A stretch of DNA of 64,000 bases, from the NCBI GenBank assembly GCA_002239105.1, contig MPNQ01000006.1:69880-133879 (forward strand), written 5' to 3'. Below the pieces are notes generated by a model, which was not told the origin of the DNA, did not search any database, and saw nothing but the letters and a program-made list of their open reading frames with translations. Positions 1 to 9,766 of the stretch are shown here, one piece after another. This stretch comes from a marine group bacterium Sva0996 bin134. GTDB taxonomy: Bacteria; Actinomycetota; Acidimicrobiia; Acidimicrobiales; Bin134. Numbering within the stretch: the stretch's first letter is position 1; every line of letters begins with the position of its first letter. The position numbers and the translations under genes were made by a program.

Positions 1-711
1 CCCCATCACCACCGCGGGATGCCCCATGTGCAGCGAGGTTGTGCACCAGATGTTTACCGCGGTGTGGTACAGCGGAGCCTGAGTGATATGGACATTGTCC
101 TGGTGGGGCATTATGCCCAGCAGCATGAACAGACCGCCGGAGCCAGCGGCTGACTCATCAGGGTGAACGCCGGGGAGCGCCCGCCGCACGCCCTTGGGCC
201 TCCCGGTGGTGCCCGAGGTGTAGAACATGAACGAGCCGGTGGTGAGGTCGTCGGGCCGGGCGGCAGGTTGGGCGTCGACCAACTCAGACAGGGGGCGGAA
301 GCCGTCGATGCTGCCCACTGAGAACCGGTTGGCGGCCGGTACGTCGCTGTCCTCCAACACTCTGAGGGCCTGATCGGCAAAGTCCTCGTGAACAACAAAC
401 GCCTTGGTCTCGCTGTCGTTGACGATGTAGGCGATCTCGGGGCCGGCCAGATGCCAGTTCACGGTGGTGAGGTAGAAACCCCCCTGGTAGGCGGCCATGG
501 ACACCGCCACCTGCTCGATCCCGTTGGGCAGCACGGTGGTCACCTGGTCGCCGGTGGAGAGACCCGCGGCCCGCAGTCCGTGGACGATGCGGTTGGTCAG
601 CTCGGCAAGCTCCCCGTAGGTGATCTCGTTGTAGTCGGGATCGACTACAGCCAGGCGCTCCGGGTCGGCCTCGGCGATCTTCCAGAACCCCAACACATCG
701 GTCTCAGCCAT
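1..711 (-). CDS. acyl-CoA synthetase (AMP-dependent synthetase/ligase), N-terminal part; 3' end lies outside the window
   Basis: Not in the ORF track because it runs off the left edge. My translation of the minus strand from ATG 711-709 gives MAETDVLGFWKIAEADPERLAVVDPDYNEITYGELAELTNRIVHGL...SFMFYTSGTTGRPKGVRRAL. YTSGTTGxPKG is the AMP-binding signature. GGAGGA (rc of 715-720) sits just upstream of the ATG. Confidence 0.8.
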   Translation of the reverse strand, partial: MAETDVLGFWKIAEADPERLAVVDPDYNEITYGELAELTNRIVHGLRAAGLSTGDQVTTVLPNGIEQVAVSMAAYQGGFYLTTVNWHLAGPEIAYIVNDSETKAFVVHEDFADQALRVLEDSDVPAANRFSVGSIDGFRPLSELVDAQPAARPDDLTTGSFMFYTSGTTGRPKGVRRALPGVHPDESAAGSGGLFMLLGIMPHQDNVHITQAPLYHTAVNIWCTTSLHMGHPAVVMG

Positions 712-779
712 GCGTCCTCCAGTCGGCGTGAGTGCTTGGAGGATGGTAGGCGCAGGCCGATGGAAGGCCGAAACTGTGG

Positions 780-1553
780 CTATAGGCCGGTGAAGTCCGG
801 CGGGCGCTTCTCCATGAAAGCAGTGATGGCCTCTACATTGGCTGGCGCCCCCATCAAACGGCTGAATGCGGCGTTCTCCCGCTCGCGGGCCGCGGCCACC
901 CCGTCATGCCAGCCGTGGGTAATGAGCGCCTTCGATTCCACCAGCGACGACACCGGCAGCGCAGCCAACTTCTGGGCGTGGGCCATGGTCGTCTCCATCA
1001 GCTCCCCAGGCGGACAGACCTTCCACACCAGGCCCATCTCCTTGGCCTCCTCGGCGCTGATCCACTCCGCGCTCAGCAGAGTCCACATGGCCTGCTGGCG
1101 GCCCAGCAGCAGCGGGAAGGTGTAGCTGCTGGCCGCTTCGGGGGCCACCCCCAAACTGGAGAACGGGCACCGCAGCCGGGCTTCAGAAGAGATGAAGGCC
1201 AGATCGGCGAACCCCAACATGGTGGTTCCCACCCCGATGGCTAGACCGTTCACCGCGCAGATGAACGGCTTGGGAAACGAATCCATCTGGTCGAGCATTC
1301 CGGCGAATCCGTGCACGCCGGGCTCGATGCCGCCTCCGCCCGGGTTGCGAGCGCCCATCTCCACCAGGTCGGTGCCGGCACAGAACGCCCGCCCGTTCCC
1401 GGTGAGCACCACCACCGCCATATCGGGGTCGGCGGCGGCGTCGATCAGCGCCTGGGCGGTGGCGTCGTAGAGGGCCTCGCTGAAGGCGTTGAGGGCATCG
1501 GGCCGGTTCAGTGTCAGCACCCGTACCCGGCCGTGGTTGTCAATCTCCAACAT
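780..1553 (-). CDS. enoyl-CoA hydratase/isomerase (crotonase family)
   Basis: 257-aa ORF. LTLNRPDALNAF, VVVLTGNGRAFCAGTDL and ICAVNGLAIGVGTT are the crotonase oxyanion-hole pattern. Confidence 0.85.
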   Translation of the reverse strand: MLEIDNHGRVRVLTLNRPDALNAFSEALYDATAQALIDAAADPDMAVVVLTGNGRAFCAGTDLVEMGARNPGGGGIEPGVHGFAGMLDQMDSFPKPFICAVNGLAIGVGTTMLGFADLAFISSEARLRCPFSSLGVAPEAASSYTFPLLLGRQQAMWTLLSAEWISAEEAKEMGLVWKVCPPGELMETTMAHAQKLAALPVSSLVESKALITHGWHDGVAAARERENAAFSRLMGAPANVEAITAFMEKRPPDFTGL

Positions 1554-1565
1554 CGAATCGGCAGC

Positions 1566-2462
1566 CTACAACGGGTTCCAGCGGGGCTCACGGCCCTCCC
1601 GGAATGCCTCGGAGGCCTCGGCCATGTTCCCGGTGAACGTGCCCAGCACCTGGGTGCGGTTCTCCAGTTCCATGGCGTGGCGCAGGCTGGGTGCGTCCAG
1701 GGTGGCGTTAGCCCCCAGCTTGGTCATCCACACCCCGTACTCGTTGTTGGCCGCGATCTGTTGGGCCACTTCAAGAGCCGCCTCCACCACTTGGCCGTCG
1801 GGCACCACTGCCGACACCAACCCGATGCGATCGGCCTCCGCGGCATCGAAAATCCTCCCGGTGAGCATCAGCTCTCGAGCCCGGCTAGCGCCGATCAGCC
1901 GGGGCAGCAGGTAGCTGTTGCCCACGTCTAGCGACGACAACCCCACCTTGATGAACACCGAGCCGAAACGGGCCGACTCTGCGGCCACTCGCACATCACA
2001 GTGCAGGGCGATGGCAAAGCCCCCGCCGACGGCCGGGCCGTTCACCGCGGCAATCACCGGCACCCGCAGCTCGTAGATCTTGAGCATGAGGTTGGCCAGG
2101 TCCAACTGCATGTCGTAGATCGCCCCCACCCGACTCTGGTCGGGAAGCTCAGAAAACTCCTGTTCGCCCCCGGCTTTGAGATCGGCGCCTGCGCAGAAGC
2201 CCCGCCCGTCGCCGGTGAGAACCACTGCCCGCTGGGAGCGGTCCCGCTCCACCTCATCGAGGGCAGCGTGCAGATCGGAGATGAGCTCGGGGCTGAGGGC
2301 ATTGAGCCGCTCGGGGCGCGACATAGTGATCACGGCGATGCCCGGCTCGGAGTTTTCGACCGAAACAGTAGGTGGCGATTTCACGGGCCTCAGGCTATGT
2401 CGCTGCCGCGATGCTGCCCGAGTTGCGAGCACCCGCCGTCGCGGGGCAATATCACGTTTCAA
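1566..2462 (-). CDS. enoyl-CoA hydratase/isomerase (crotonase family)
   Basis: ITMSRPERLNAL, VVLTGDGRGFCAGADL, IAAVNGPAVGGG. The first ~30 codons are R-rich and the true start may be an internal GTG near 2380. Confidence 0.8.
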   Translation of the reverse strand: MKRDIAPRRRVLATRAASRQRHSLRPVKSPPTVSVENSEPGIAVITMSRPERLNALSPELISDLHAALDEVERDRSQRAVVLTGDGRGFCAGADLKAGGEQEFSELPDQSRVGAIYDMQLDLANLMLKIYELRVPVIAAVNGPAVGGGFAIALHCDVRVAAESARFGSVFIKVGLSSLDVGNSYLLPRLIGASRARELMLTGRIFDAAEADRIGLVSAVVPDGQVVEAALEVAQQIAANNEYGVWMTKLGANATLDAPSLRHAMELENRTQVLGTFTGNMAEASEAFREGREPRWNPL

Positions 2463-2618
2463 CCTGAAACCCCTGGTCAGGGTATTTTCAAATGCGGGCC
2501 AAGGGCGACGGGGGCGGAAAGTATACGGAAGGGGCGGGGCCGACTTGTGGATTTCCCTGTGAACCAGTTGTGGACAGTGGAGTTCATATCTATAGTCGAG
2601 GTTCCAGCGTGACTATCG

Positions 2619-2875
2619 GGATTGCAGTAGGGGCTTATCTCGTCGTGCATCTGCTCGGCGTCTATCTTCTGCGCGCGTCCGGGGTGGGTCTAGACCTGTT
2701 CGGCCGCTTCCGCAACGTTCCCGACCTCCCCGAGCCCAGGCAGCTATCCGAGTACACCGCCTTCGTAGAGAGCCACACCTTCTGGGACACCGAGGAAGGC
2801 AACGCCCTTGACGGCTATGACGAGTTCGAGCTCCACGCCGTGTTCTGGAACGAGAGGAAGCGCAGAACCGCCTGA
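2619..2875 (+). CDS. hypothetical small membrane-anchored protein
   Basis: ORF 2492..2875 trimmed to GTG 2619. It has one N-terminal hydrophobic helix (IGIAVGAYLVVHLLGVYLL) and strong G/C third-position bias. No recognisable family. Confidence 0.35.
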
Positions 2876-2899
2876 TTCTGCCTAGCTGCGGCGACAGGA

Positions 2900-3682
2900 T
2901 CAATTGGACTTAGCGTGGAGGCCGCCGTCTACCAGTACCACGGCGCCGTTGATGAATGAGGCGGCGGGGAGCACCAGCGACAGGGTGATTTGGGCTACCT
3001 CTTCGGGATCGCCGTAGCGGCGGGCTGGTACACGCCGACGGGCGTAGGTCTCTTTGGCGTCATCGGGGATGAAGGCGGTCATTCCGGTGCGGATCGGTCC
3101 GGGGCATATCGCGTTGGCGGTCACCCCCCACCGGCCCAACTCCACGGCCAGCGCCCGGGTTAGCCCCACCACCCCGTGCTTGCTCACCGTGTAGGGCGAG
3201 GTGTTGGGCGTGGCCATGATTCCCTCGGTGGAGGCAACGTTGACGATGCGGCCGTCTCCGTTGCGCTTCAGGTCGTCCAAACAGGCCCGCACCAACCGTA
3301 TCTGCGCCGTGAGGTTTACCTCCATCGTGAACGCCCACACATCCTCGTAGTCGGCAGCCTCTACCGGGCTGCCCGCAGACACGCCGGCGTTGTTGATCAC
3401 AATGTCCACCGGACCCAGCTCGGCCCGCAACTGAGCCACTGCCTGCTCGATGGCCTCGGGATCGGCCATGTCGCACGCCAGTCCTAGCGCAGTGCCCCCG
3501 GCATCAACAATGGCCTCAACTGTCTCATTCAACCCGTCGCGGTCGACATCCAGCGCGGCCACCTTGGCCCCTTCATCGGCCAGCAGCCATGCAGTGGCCC
3601 GTCCCATACCCGAAGCCGCGCCGGTGACTACTGCCACCCGCCCGGCCACCGACCGGTTTAGCTTGCTGAGTCGCGCCATCAA
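2900..3682 (-). CDS. SDR family oxidoreductase
   Basis: VAVVTGAASGMGRA (TGxxxGxG), NNAG, and YTVSKHG (YxxxK). Confidence 0.85.
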   Translation of the reverse strand: MMARLSKLNRSVAGRVAVVTGAASGMGRATAWLLADEGAKVAALDVDRDGLNETVEAIVDAGGTALGLACDMADPEAIEQAVAQLRAELGPVDIVINNAGVSAGSPVEAADYEDVWAFTMEVNLTAQIRLVRACLDDLKRNGDGRIVNVASTEGIMATPNTSPYTVSKHGVVGLTRALAVELGRWGVTANAICPGPIRTGMTAFIPDDAKETYARRRVPARRYGDPEEVAQITLSLVLPAASFINGAVVLVDGGLHAKSN

Positions 3683-4245
3683 CCGCGGTGGGAGCGCTCG
3701 TGCTCAATCAACCAGGTCTTGACCTCGGGACGGCCTCCGTATTCCCCGACCGAGCCGTCGCTTCGCACCACCCGGTGACAGGGCACGATCAGCGGGATGG
3801 GGTTGGTGGACATGGCCGTTCCCACAGCTCGAGCTGCCCTGGAGGAACCGGCCATACGGGCCAACTCTCCGTAGGACACCGTGGTGCCGTAGTCCACTCC
3901 CGTCAGAGCGTCCAGCACCCGGCGGTAGAACCCGTGGCTGAGCCGCCAATCCAACGTCAGATCGAACCGTTGGCGGCGACCCTCGAAATACTCGTGGAGC
4001 TGGGCGATGGGCTCTTCCAGCCAAGCGGGGTCGCCCTGGCCCATCGAATGGGGCAGTTCAGCCAGCTCAGACATCATGTCTTGTATCTTTTCCATGTAGC
4101 CGAAACCGACCCTCACCAGCCCCTGCGACGAGGCGGCCACGTTCAACTGCCCTATGGGCGTGTCCATCGACCCCAGGGCCACGCCCAAGTCATCGGCCTC
4201 GAGTAGGGGGGAATCTGTACGGGTCAGCAGGGCAGTTGGAGACAT
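3679..4245 (-). CDS. ogt: methylated-DNA--protein-cysteine methyltransferase
   Basis: ORF 3679..4323 trimmed to ATG 4245 (MSPTALL...). Active-site motif IPLIVPCHRVV is present, as is YGELARMAGSSRAARAVGTA. Confidence 0.85.
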   Translation of the reverse strand: MSPTALLTRTDSPLLEADDLGVALGSMDTPIGQLNVAASSQGLVRVGFGYMEKIQDMMSELAELPHSMGQGDPAWLEEPIAQLHEYFEGRRQRFDLTLDWRLSHGFYRRVLDALTGVDYGTTVSYGELARMAGSSRAARAVGTAMSTNPIPLIVPCHRVVRSDGSVGEYGGRPEVKTWLIEHERSHRG

Positions 4246-4311
4246 GGCACCGACCGTAGCGGAACGCCAGACTGAGGCGGTGGAGTCTTTGAGCAGAAAA
4301 GGCCAGATCTC

Positions 4312-5373
4312 ATGAGTACGCAAGAGTTTTCGAGCTTTGAAATCCCAGGTATCGACGTAGAACCGGTGACCGCGTGGCTAGTTGACAACGTCGCCGACTG
4401 CGAGCCCCCGTTCACCTTCGACTTGATCGCCGCGGGCGGGTCTAACCTCACCTTCCGGCTGTCTGACTCCGGCGGGCGACAATGGGCGCTTCGCCGTCCA
4501 CCCGTGGGGTCGGCGCTGGCCACTGCCCACGACATGGGCCGGGAGTGGCGCATCATGGCCGCATTGGGCGAGGCCAGCGATGTTCCGGTGCCGGAGATGG
4601 TGGCCTTCTGCGACGACCACTCTGTGAACGGGGCCGATTTCTACGTGATGGGGTTCGTGGAGGGCCGCATCTTGAGGGACACAGACTCAGCAGTCGACAT
4701 GACCTCCGCCCAGGCCGAGATCGCCACCCAGAGCCTGCTCGACGTGCAGGTCGCCTTCCACACTCTCGACTTGGATGAGGTGGGGCTGGGCGATCTGGGC
4801 CGCCGGGAGGACTACGTCGGCCGCCAGCTGAAGCGATGGCGCCGCCAGGTGGAGGCCGCCGGGGTGCGTGAGGTGCCCCTGCTCATCGAGTTGCACGAGC
4901 GGCTGAGCGCGGCCAAGCCCGCCGAGAAGGCCCCCGCCGCGCTGGCCCACGGCGACTACCGCTTCGACAACACCGTGCTGGATGACCAGTGGAAGATCGC
5001 CGCGGTGCTCGATTGGGAGCTGTGCACCACTGGAAACCCCATCGCCGATTTCGCCTGGTCGCTCCAATACTGGGCCGATCCCGGCGACGAGATGAGCTTT
5101 CTGAGCGACCCCCCGACCGTGCTGGACTGTTTTGTCCGCCGCGACGAGGTGGCCGAGCGGTATGCGGCCCAATCGGGATTCGACCTGTCCGATCTCGCCT
5201 ACTACTCCGTGTTCAGCTGGTGGAAGCAGGCCTGCATCGTCGAGGGGGCCTACGCCCGACGACTCCAGGGGATGACCGGAGGGATGGGAACCACCGGCGA
5301 CGTCCACGACATCGCCCGCCGGGTAGACACCATGCTGGCCCACGCCGCCGACATGGCCATCGGAGTGCTCTAA
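4312..5373 (+). CDS. phosphotransferase (APH/choline-kinase-like) family protein
   Basis: Brenner motif HGDYRFDN and downstream LDWELCTTGNP. The N-terminal lobe looks like the kinase-like proteins often linked to acyl-CoA metabolism. Confidence 0.75.
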   Translation: MSTQEFSSFEIPGIDVEPVTAWLVDNVADCEPPFTFDLIAAGGSNLTFRLSDSGGRQWALRRPPVGSALATAHDMGREWRIMAALGEASDVPVPEMVAFCDDHSVNGADFYVMGFVEGRILRDTDSAVDMTSAQAEIATQSLLDVQVAFHTLDLDEVGLGDLGRREDYVGRQLKRWRRQVEAAGVREVPLLIELHERLSAAKPAEKAPAALAHGDYRFDNTVLDDQWKIAAVLDWELCTTGNPIADFAWSLQYWADPGDEMSFLSDPPTVLDCFVRRDEVAERYAAQSGFDLSDLAYYSVFSWWKQACIVEGAYARRLQGMTGGMGTTGDVHDIARRVDTMLAHAADMAIGVL

Positions 5374-7127
5374 GCGGCGGAGGCCACCAGGGTGGTCAGC
5401 AACACCAGGGTCAGCACCGACATGGGCACCCCCAACCGCAGATAATCGGTGAAGCGATAGCGGCCGGGGCCGTAGACCATGGTGTTGGTCTGGTAGCCGA
5501 TGGGGGTGAGGAAAGACGCTGAGGCGGCAACGGCCACCCCGAGCGCCAAGGTGCGGGGATCCAAACCGGACTGTGCAGCCGCCTCCAGCGCCACCGGGAA
5601 GATCAAGGCCACCGCGGCCACGTTGGTGATCAACTCGGTGAGGAGCATGGTGGCGATCACAATGCCCAGCACCACCCCGGCGTCGCCCAAAAAGTCGAAT
5701 CCGGTGACGATGCCGTCAGCCAGGTCGGTGGCCAAGCCAGCTTTGTCCAGTGCCGCCCCTAGCCCAAACGCTGCTCCGATGGTGATGAGCACGCTGAAGT
5801 CCACCGACTCTCGGGCTTCTCGAGGCGTCAGCACCCCGCCCAGAACCACCGCGCCTGCAGCGATCAGCGACGCCTCCAAAACGCTCAGCACCCCTGTCGC
5901 CGGCAGTACCACCAGGGCCACTATCGCCAACAACGCCACCGGCGCCCGGCGGGTGGCCCGAGGTGGCGACCCGCCCAGTCGGGACACCAACAGGAAGTCG
6001 TTGTGGTTGCTCCACCGCTCATCGAATCCATCGGCGGCCAGCACCAGCAAGGTGTCGCCGGTGCGCAGCCGCACCTGGCCGAACTTGGCCTCTACCGGGT
6101 CCCCGGAACGGTGGATGCCTACTACGGCGGCCTGATAGCGGCCGCGGAACCCGGCCTCGGCCAGTGAGCGGCCGCTGAGGGGTGAGGCCGCTCCCACCAC
6201 CGCTTCGAAGAAGGTGTGGTCGTCGGAATCCACCGCTTCCAGGTGGGGATCCTCGGCAGAGATCAGCCCGGACATGGCTTGGAGGTCGACAACCAGGTCG
6301 ACCCGCCCAGCAAATGTGAGGCGGTCGCCTCCCCGAAGAACGAAGGTGGGGGCCACGGGGGCGATGACCGTGCCCTGCCGCTCCACCTCAACCAGAAACA
6401 CCCCTTCGAGATGTCGCAGTCCCCCGGCCTCCACCGACTGCCCGTCGAAGGCCCCCTGCTCCACCACATACATGGACACCAGGTAAGAGCGTCCGATGCC
6501 GGCGGACTCGGATTCCCGTCGGTCGGGCAGCAGCCAGGGAGCGGCCAACACGATCAGCACCAACCCGGCACCGGCCAGCGGCAGGCCGAACCGGGCCAGC
6601 TCGAACATCTCCAGCTCATCTTGGCCCACCGATTGCAACAGGCCGCCCAGCACCAGATTGGTGCTGGTGCCGATGGCAGTGATGGCCCCGCCCAAGATGG
6701 TGGCGTAAGACAGCGGGATCAAGAACCGGGAGGCGGCTCGGCCGTAGCGCTCGGCCCAGCCCCGCACCGCGGGTACCAGCATGGCCACGATGGGGGTGTT
6801 GGCCAGAAAAGCCGAGGCCGCGCTGGCCGGCGCTAGCAGCCGGATCAGCGCAACCCGACTCCCTGAGCCCCGATCCAGCACCCGGGCCACGATCGGCTGC
6901 AAGGCGTTGGTCTTGGTCACCGCGCCCGCCACCACGTAGAGCGCCCCGATGGTTATGGGCGCGGGGTTGCCGAACCCGCTGAAGGCCTCCTCGGCGTCGA
7001 TCACCCCGAGTAGAAACAGCCCACCGGCAGCACCCAGCACCCCCGCGGCGGGCGAAAGCCGGTTGCTGATCAGCCCGGCACCCATAACCGCCAATACCGC
7101 GGTGGTGAGCACCGCGTCGCCATCCAT
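5370..7127 (-). CDS. SLC13/DASS-type anion permease with two TrkA-C (RCK_C) inserts; candidate sulfate importer
   Basis: ORF 5370..7403 trimmed to ATG 7127 (MDGDAVLTTAVLAVMGAGL). The upstream 92 codons are non-membrane R/S/W-rich and would run into the divergent sat gene. Multiple TM helices flank two soluble inserts (VFLVEVERQGTVIAPV...GGDRLTFAGRVD and AAVVGIHRSGDPV...GDTLLVLAADG). C-terminal GYQTNTMVYGPGRY is present. Confidence 0.75.
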   Translation of the reverse strand: MDGDAVLTTAVLAVMGAGLISNRLSPAAGVLGAAGGLFLLGVIDAEEAFSGFGNPAPITIGALYVVAGAVTKTNALQPIVARVLDRGSGSRVALIRLLAPASAASAFLANTPIVAMLVPAVRGWAERYGRAASRFLIPLSYATILGGAITAIGTSTNLVLGGLLQSVGQDELEMFELARFGLPLAGAGLVLIVLAAPWLLPDRRESESAGIGRSYLVSMYVVEQGAFDGQSVEAGGLRHLEGVFLVEVERQGTVIAPVAPTFVLRGGDRLTFAGRVDLVVDLQAMSGLISAEDPHLEAVDSDDHTFFEAVVGAASPLSGRSLAEAGFRGRYQAAVVGIHRSGDPVEAKFGQVRLRTGDTLLVLAADGFDERWSNHNDFLLVSRLGGSPPRATRRAPVALLAIVALVVLPATGVLSVLEASLIAAGAVVLGGVLTPREARESVDFSVLITIGAAFGLGAALDKAGLATDLADGIVTGFDFLGDAGVVLGIVIATMLLTELITNVAAVALIFPVALEAAAQSGLDPRTLALGVAVAASASFLTPIGYQTNTMVYGPGRYRFTDYLRLGVPMSVLTLVLLTTLVASAA

Positions 7128-7221
7128 CCAAACTGATGCTAGGGGTCTGTCTGTGAATTGACGGGGTGGATTGGCGGCTCGATGGCTTAAAGGCCGCCAT
7201 CCTGCGATATGAAATACCCTC

Positions 7222-8937
7222 GTGGCTTCCAATTTGATCCAACCCCACGGCGGCGAGCTAGTCGATCTGATGGTCGATGACGCCACCGCTGAGGAACTAA
7301 AAGCAGCATCACGCGATCTCCCGTCGTTCACCCTCCAGCCCCGCCACCTGTGCGATTTGGAACTGCTGCTGAACGGCGGCTTCTCCCCCCTGCGGGGCTT
7401 CATGGGCCAGGCCGACTACGAGCGGGTGTGCGCAGAAATGCGACTGGCCGACGGAACGCTGTGGCCGATGCCCATCACCCTGGATGTGGATGCCAAGACG
7501 GCCGAGGCGGCCCAGGCCGCCGGGCAGCTGGCGCTGCGCGACGTAGAGGGGGTCATGCTCGCCCTGCTCACCGTGAGCGACGCGTGGCGGCCCGACACGG
7601 CAGCCGAGGCCGAGGCGGTGTTCGCCAGCTCCGATCCCGATCATCCCGGCGTCGGCCACCTCATGCGCAGCACCGCGCCGATTTATCTGGGCGGGACGGT
7701 CCAGGGCCTGCAACTTCCCGTCCACTATGACTTCACCGAGCTGCGCCGCACCCCGGCGCAGGTGCGAGCCTCCTTCGACGCGCAGGGCTGGAGCCGAGTG
7801 GTGGCCTTTCAAACCCGCAACCCGATGCACCGGGCCCACGTGGAGCTCACCAGAAGGGCAGCTGTGGAGGCCGACGCCAACCTGCTGATCCACCCCGTTG
7901 TGGGCATGACCAAGCCCGGCGACGTGGACCATTACACCCGAGGCCGGGTGTACCAGCACATCATTCAGCGCTACCCCGAGAACTCGGCCATGCTGGCTAT
8001 GCTGCCGCTGGCCATGCGCATGGGCGGCCCCAGGGAGGCCGTATGGCACGCCATCATCCGCAAGAATCATGGCGTCTCCCACTTCATTGTGGGCCGTGAC
8101 CACGCCGGGCCGGGCTCCGACGCCTCGGGCAACCCCTTCTACGGCCCCTACGACGCCCAAGACATGTTGCAGGACTACACCGACGAGCTGGGCGTGACCA
8201 TGGTGCCGTTCAAGATGATGGTGTACGTCCCCGACAGCGACAGCTACCACCCGATCGACGAGGTGGATGAGGGAACGGCCACCCTCAGCATCAGCGGCAC
8301 CGAGCTGCGCGACCGCCTGGCATCGGGCGACGACATCCCCGAGTGGTTCAGCTATCCCGAGGTTGTGGCCGAGCTGCGCCGAACCCATCCCCAGAAGTCC
8401 AAGCAGGGCTTCACCGTGTTCTTCACCGGGCTCAGCGGCTCGGGCAAGTCCACCATCGCCAACGCGCTCATGTCCAAGCTGCTGGAGAGGGGCGGCCGCC
8501 CGGTCACCCTGCTCGATGGCGACGTGGTGCGCACCAACCTGTCGTCGGAGCTCGGGTTCTCCAAAGAGCACCGCGACATCAACATCACCCGCATCGGCTA
8601 CGTGGCCTCCGAAATAACCAAGCATGGCGGCATCGCCATCTGCGCGCCTATCGCCCCCTACGCCGAGCCCCGGCGCCGAAATCGGGAGGCCATCTCAGCC
8701 AACGGAGGCTACGTGCTGGTACACGTGTCAACCCCGCTGGAAGTGTGCGAGGAGCGGGACCGCAAAGGCCTGTACGCCAAGGCCCGGGCCGGGATCATCA
8801 AGGAGTTCACCGGCATCTCCGACCCCTACGAGGAGCCCATTGACGCCGACGTCGTCCTGCCCACCGTTGATCAGACCCCCGACGAGGCCGCTCAGACCAT
8901 CATCGACCACTTGGTGGCCGAGGGATATCTCGTATAA
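7222..8937 (+). CDS. sat-cysC: bifunctional sulfate adenylyltransferase / adenylylsulfate kinase
   Basis: GTG start. ATP-sulfurylase motifs QTRNPMHRAHVELT and FIVGRDHAGPG. C-terminal APS-kinase P-loop FFTGLSGSGKSTIA and LLDGDVVR. Confidence 0.9.
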   Translation: MASNLIQPHGGELVDLMVDDATAEELKAASRDLPSFTLQPRHLCDLELLLNGGFSPLRGFMGQADYERVCAEMRLADGTLWPMPITLDVDAKTAEAAQAAGQLALRDVEGVMLALLTVSDAWRPDTAAEAEAVFASSDPDHPGVGHLMRSTAPIYLGGTVQGLQLPVHYDFTELRRTPAQVRASFDAQGWSRVVAFQTRNPMHRAHVELTRRAAVEADANLLIHPVVGMTKPGDVDHYTRGRVYQHIIQRYPENSAMLAMLPLAMRMGGPREAVWHAIIRKNHGVSHFIVGRDHAGPGSDASGNPFYGPYDAQDMLQDYTDELGVTMVPFKMMVYVPDSDSYHPIDEVDEGTATLSISGTELRDRLASGDDIPEWFSYPEVVAELRRTHPQKSKQGFTVFFTGLSGSGKSTIANALMSKLLERGGRPVTLLDGDVVRTNLSSELGFSKEHRDINITRIGYVASEITKHGGIAICAPIAPYAEPRRRNREAISANGGYVLVHVSTPLEVCEERDRKGLYAKARAGIIKEFTGISDPYEEPIDADVVLPTVDQTPDEAAQTIIDHLVAEGYLV

Positions 8938-8989
8938 CCCGGCGACTGAGATGCTGCGCTCCGACAATCTGATTGGATAGCCGGCGGCA

Positions 8990-9766
8990 ATGTCCCGTAC
9001 TGACGACCTAATCCGGATTACCGATGCCCTGGCCGCGGCCGCCGATGTGCTGGAGCGGTTCACGCCCGGCGAGGTTGAGGCAGAGCTGAAGGACGGGGGC
9101 GATCCGCTGACCGCGGCCGACACCGCAGTGAACGACGTGCTGGCCGAGTCTTTGCGAGGCAGTGACGAAGGCTGGCTTTCGGAGGAGACCACCGACGCCG
9201 GCGAACGGTTGGACCGGCGGAGGGTGTGGGTGGTGGATCCCATCGACGGCACCCGTGAGTTCATCGACGGAATTCCCGAATGGTGCGTGTCGGTAGGTCT
9301 AGTGGAGGACGGCGTACCCGTGGCCGGCGGCGTGCTGAGCCCGCCCAACGGACACCTCATCATCGGTTCGGACGAGACCGGGGTGTCGTGTAACGGCGCC
9401 CCGGCCCAGACGACGGACACCTCCGACCTCCGGGGCGCGCTGGTGCTGGCCTCCCGCAGCGAGGTGAAGCGGGGCGAGTGGGAACGCTTTTTTTCCACGC
9501 CGATCGCGGTGCGCAACATGGGCTCAGTGGCCTACAAGCTGAGCCTGGTAGGCGCCGGGCTGGCCGATGCCACCTGGACGCTGGTGCCCAAGAACGAGTG
9601 GGATGTGGCCGGAGGAGCCGCGCTGGTCAGAGCGGGCGGCGGGAAGGTCTTCGGCACAAATGGCACCGATGTGGTGTTCAACCGTGCCGACCCGCTGATG
9701 GACGGTTTCATAGCGGTCGCCCCTGGCCTGTGCGACCAGGTCATGGACCTACTTGACATCCTGTGA
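8990..9766 (+). CDS. inositol monophosphatase / CysQ superfamily phosphatase
   Basis: WVVDPIDGTREF and EWDVAGGAALV motifs. 258 aa. Confidence 0.8.
   Translation: MSRTDDLIRITDALAAAADVLERFTPGEVEAELKDGGDPLTAADTAVNDVLAESLRGSDEGWLSEETTDAGERLDRRRVWVVDPIDGTREFIDGIPEWCVSVGLVEDGVPVAGGVLSPPNGHLIIGSDETGVSCNGAPAQTTDTSDLRGALVLASRSEVKRGEWERFFSTPIAVRNMGSVAYKLSLVGAGLADATWTLVPKNEWDVAGGAALVRAGGGKVFGTNGTDVVFNRADPLMDGFIAVAPGLCDQVMDLLDIL

Noticed and set aside
388-1125. 245-aa plus-strand ORF spanning the first intergenic region
   Set aside because: It overlaps two minus-strand genes with strong motifs (an AMP-binding enzyme and a crotonase), so it is a shadow ORF. The same reasoning applies to 1311..1931, 2001..2612, 4687..5343, 17173..18027, 18782..19585, 58780..59928, 61246..61878 and similar ORFs.
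7128-7403. N-terminal extensions of track ORFs (5370..7403, 13149.., 14347.., 20336.., 33640.., 35190.., 45243..47786, 47650.., 49887..50714, 57377..)
   Set aside because: The extended parts are R/P/S-rich, overlap neighbouring genes, and precede internal starts that sit right before the conserved N-terminal motifs, often with an SD or a 4-nt stop/start overlap.
7309-8625. 438-aa minus-strand ORF
   Set aside because: It is antisense to the well-supported Sat-CysC gene and has a low-complexity G/A/V/H-rich translation.
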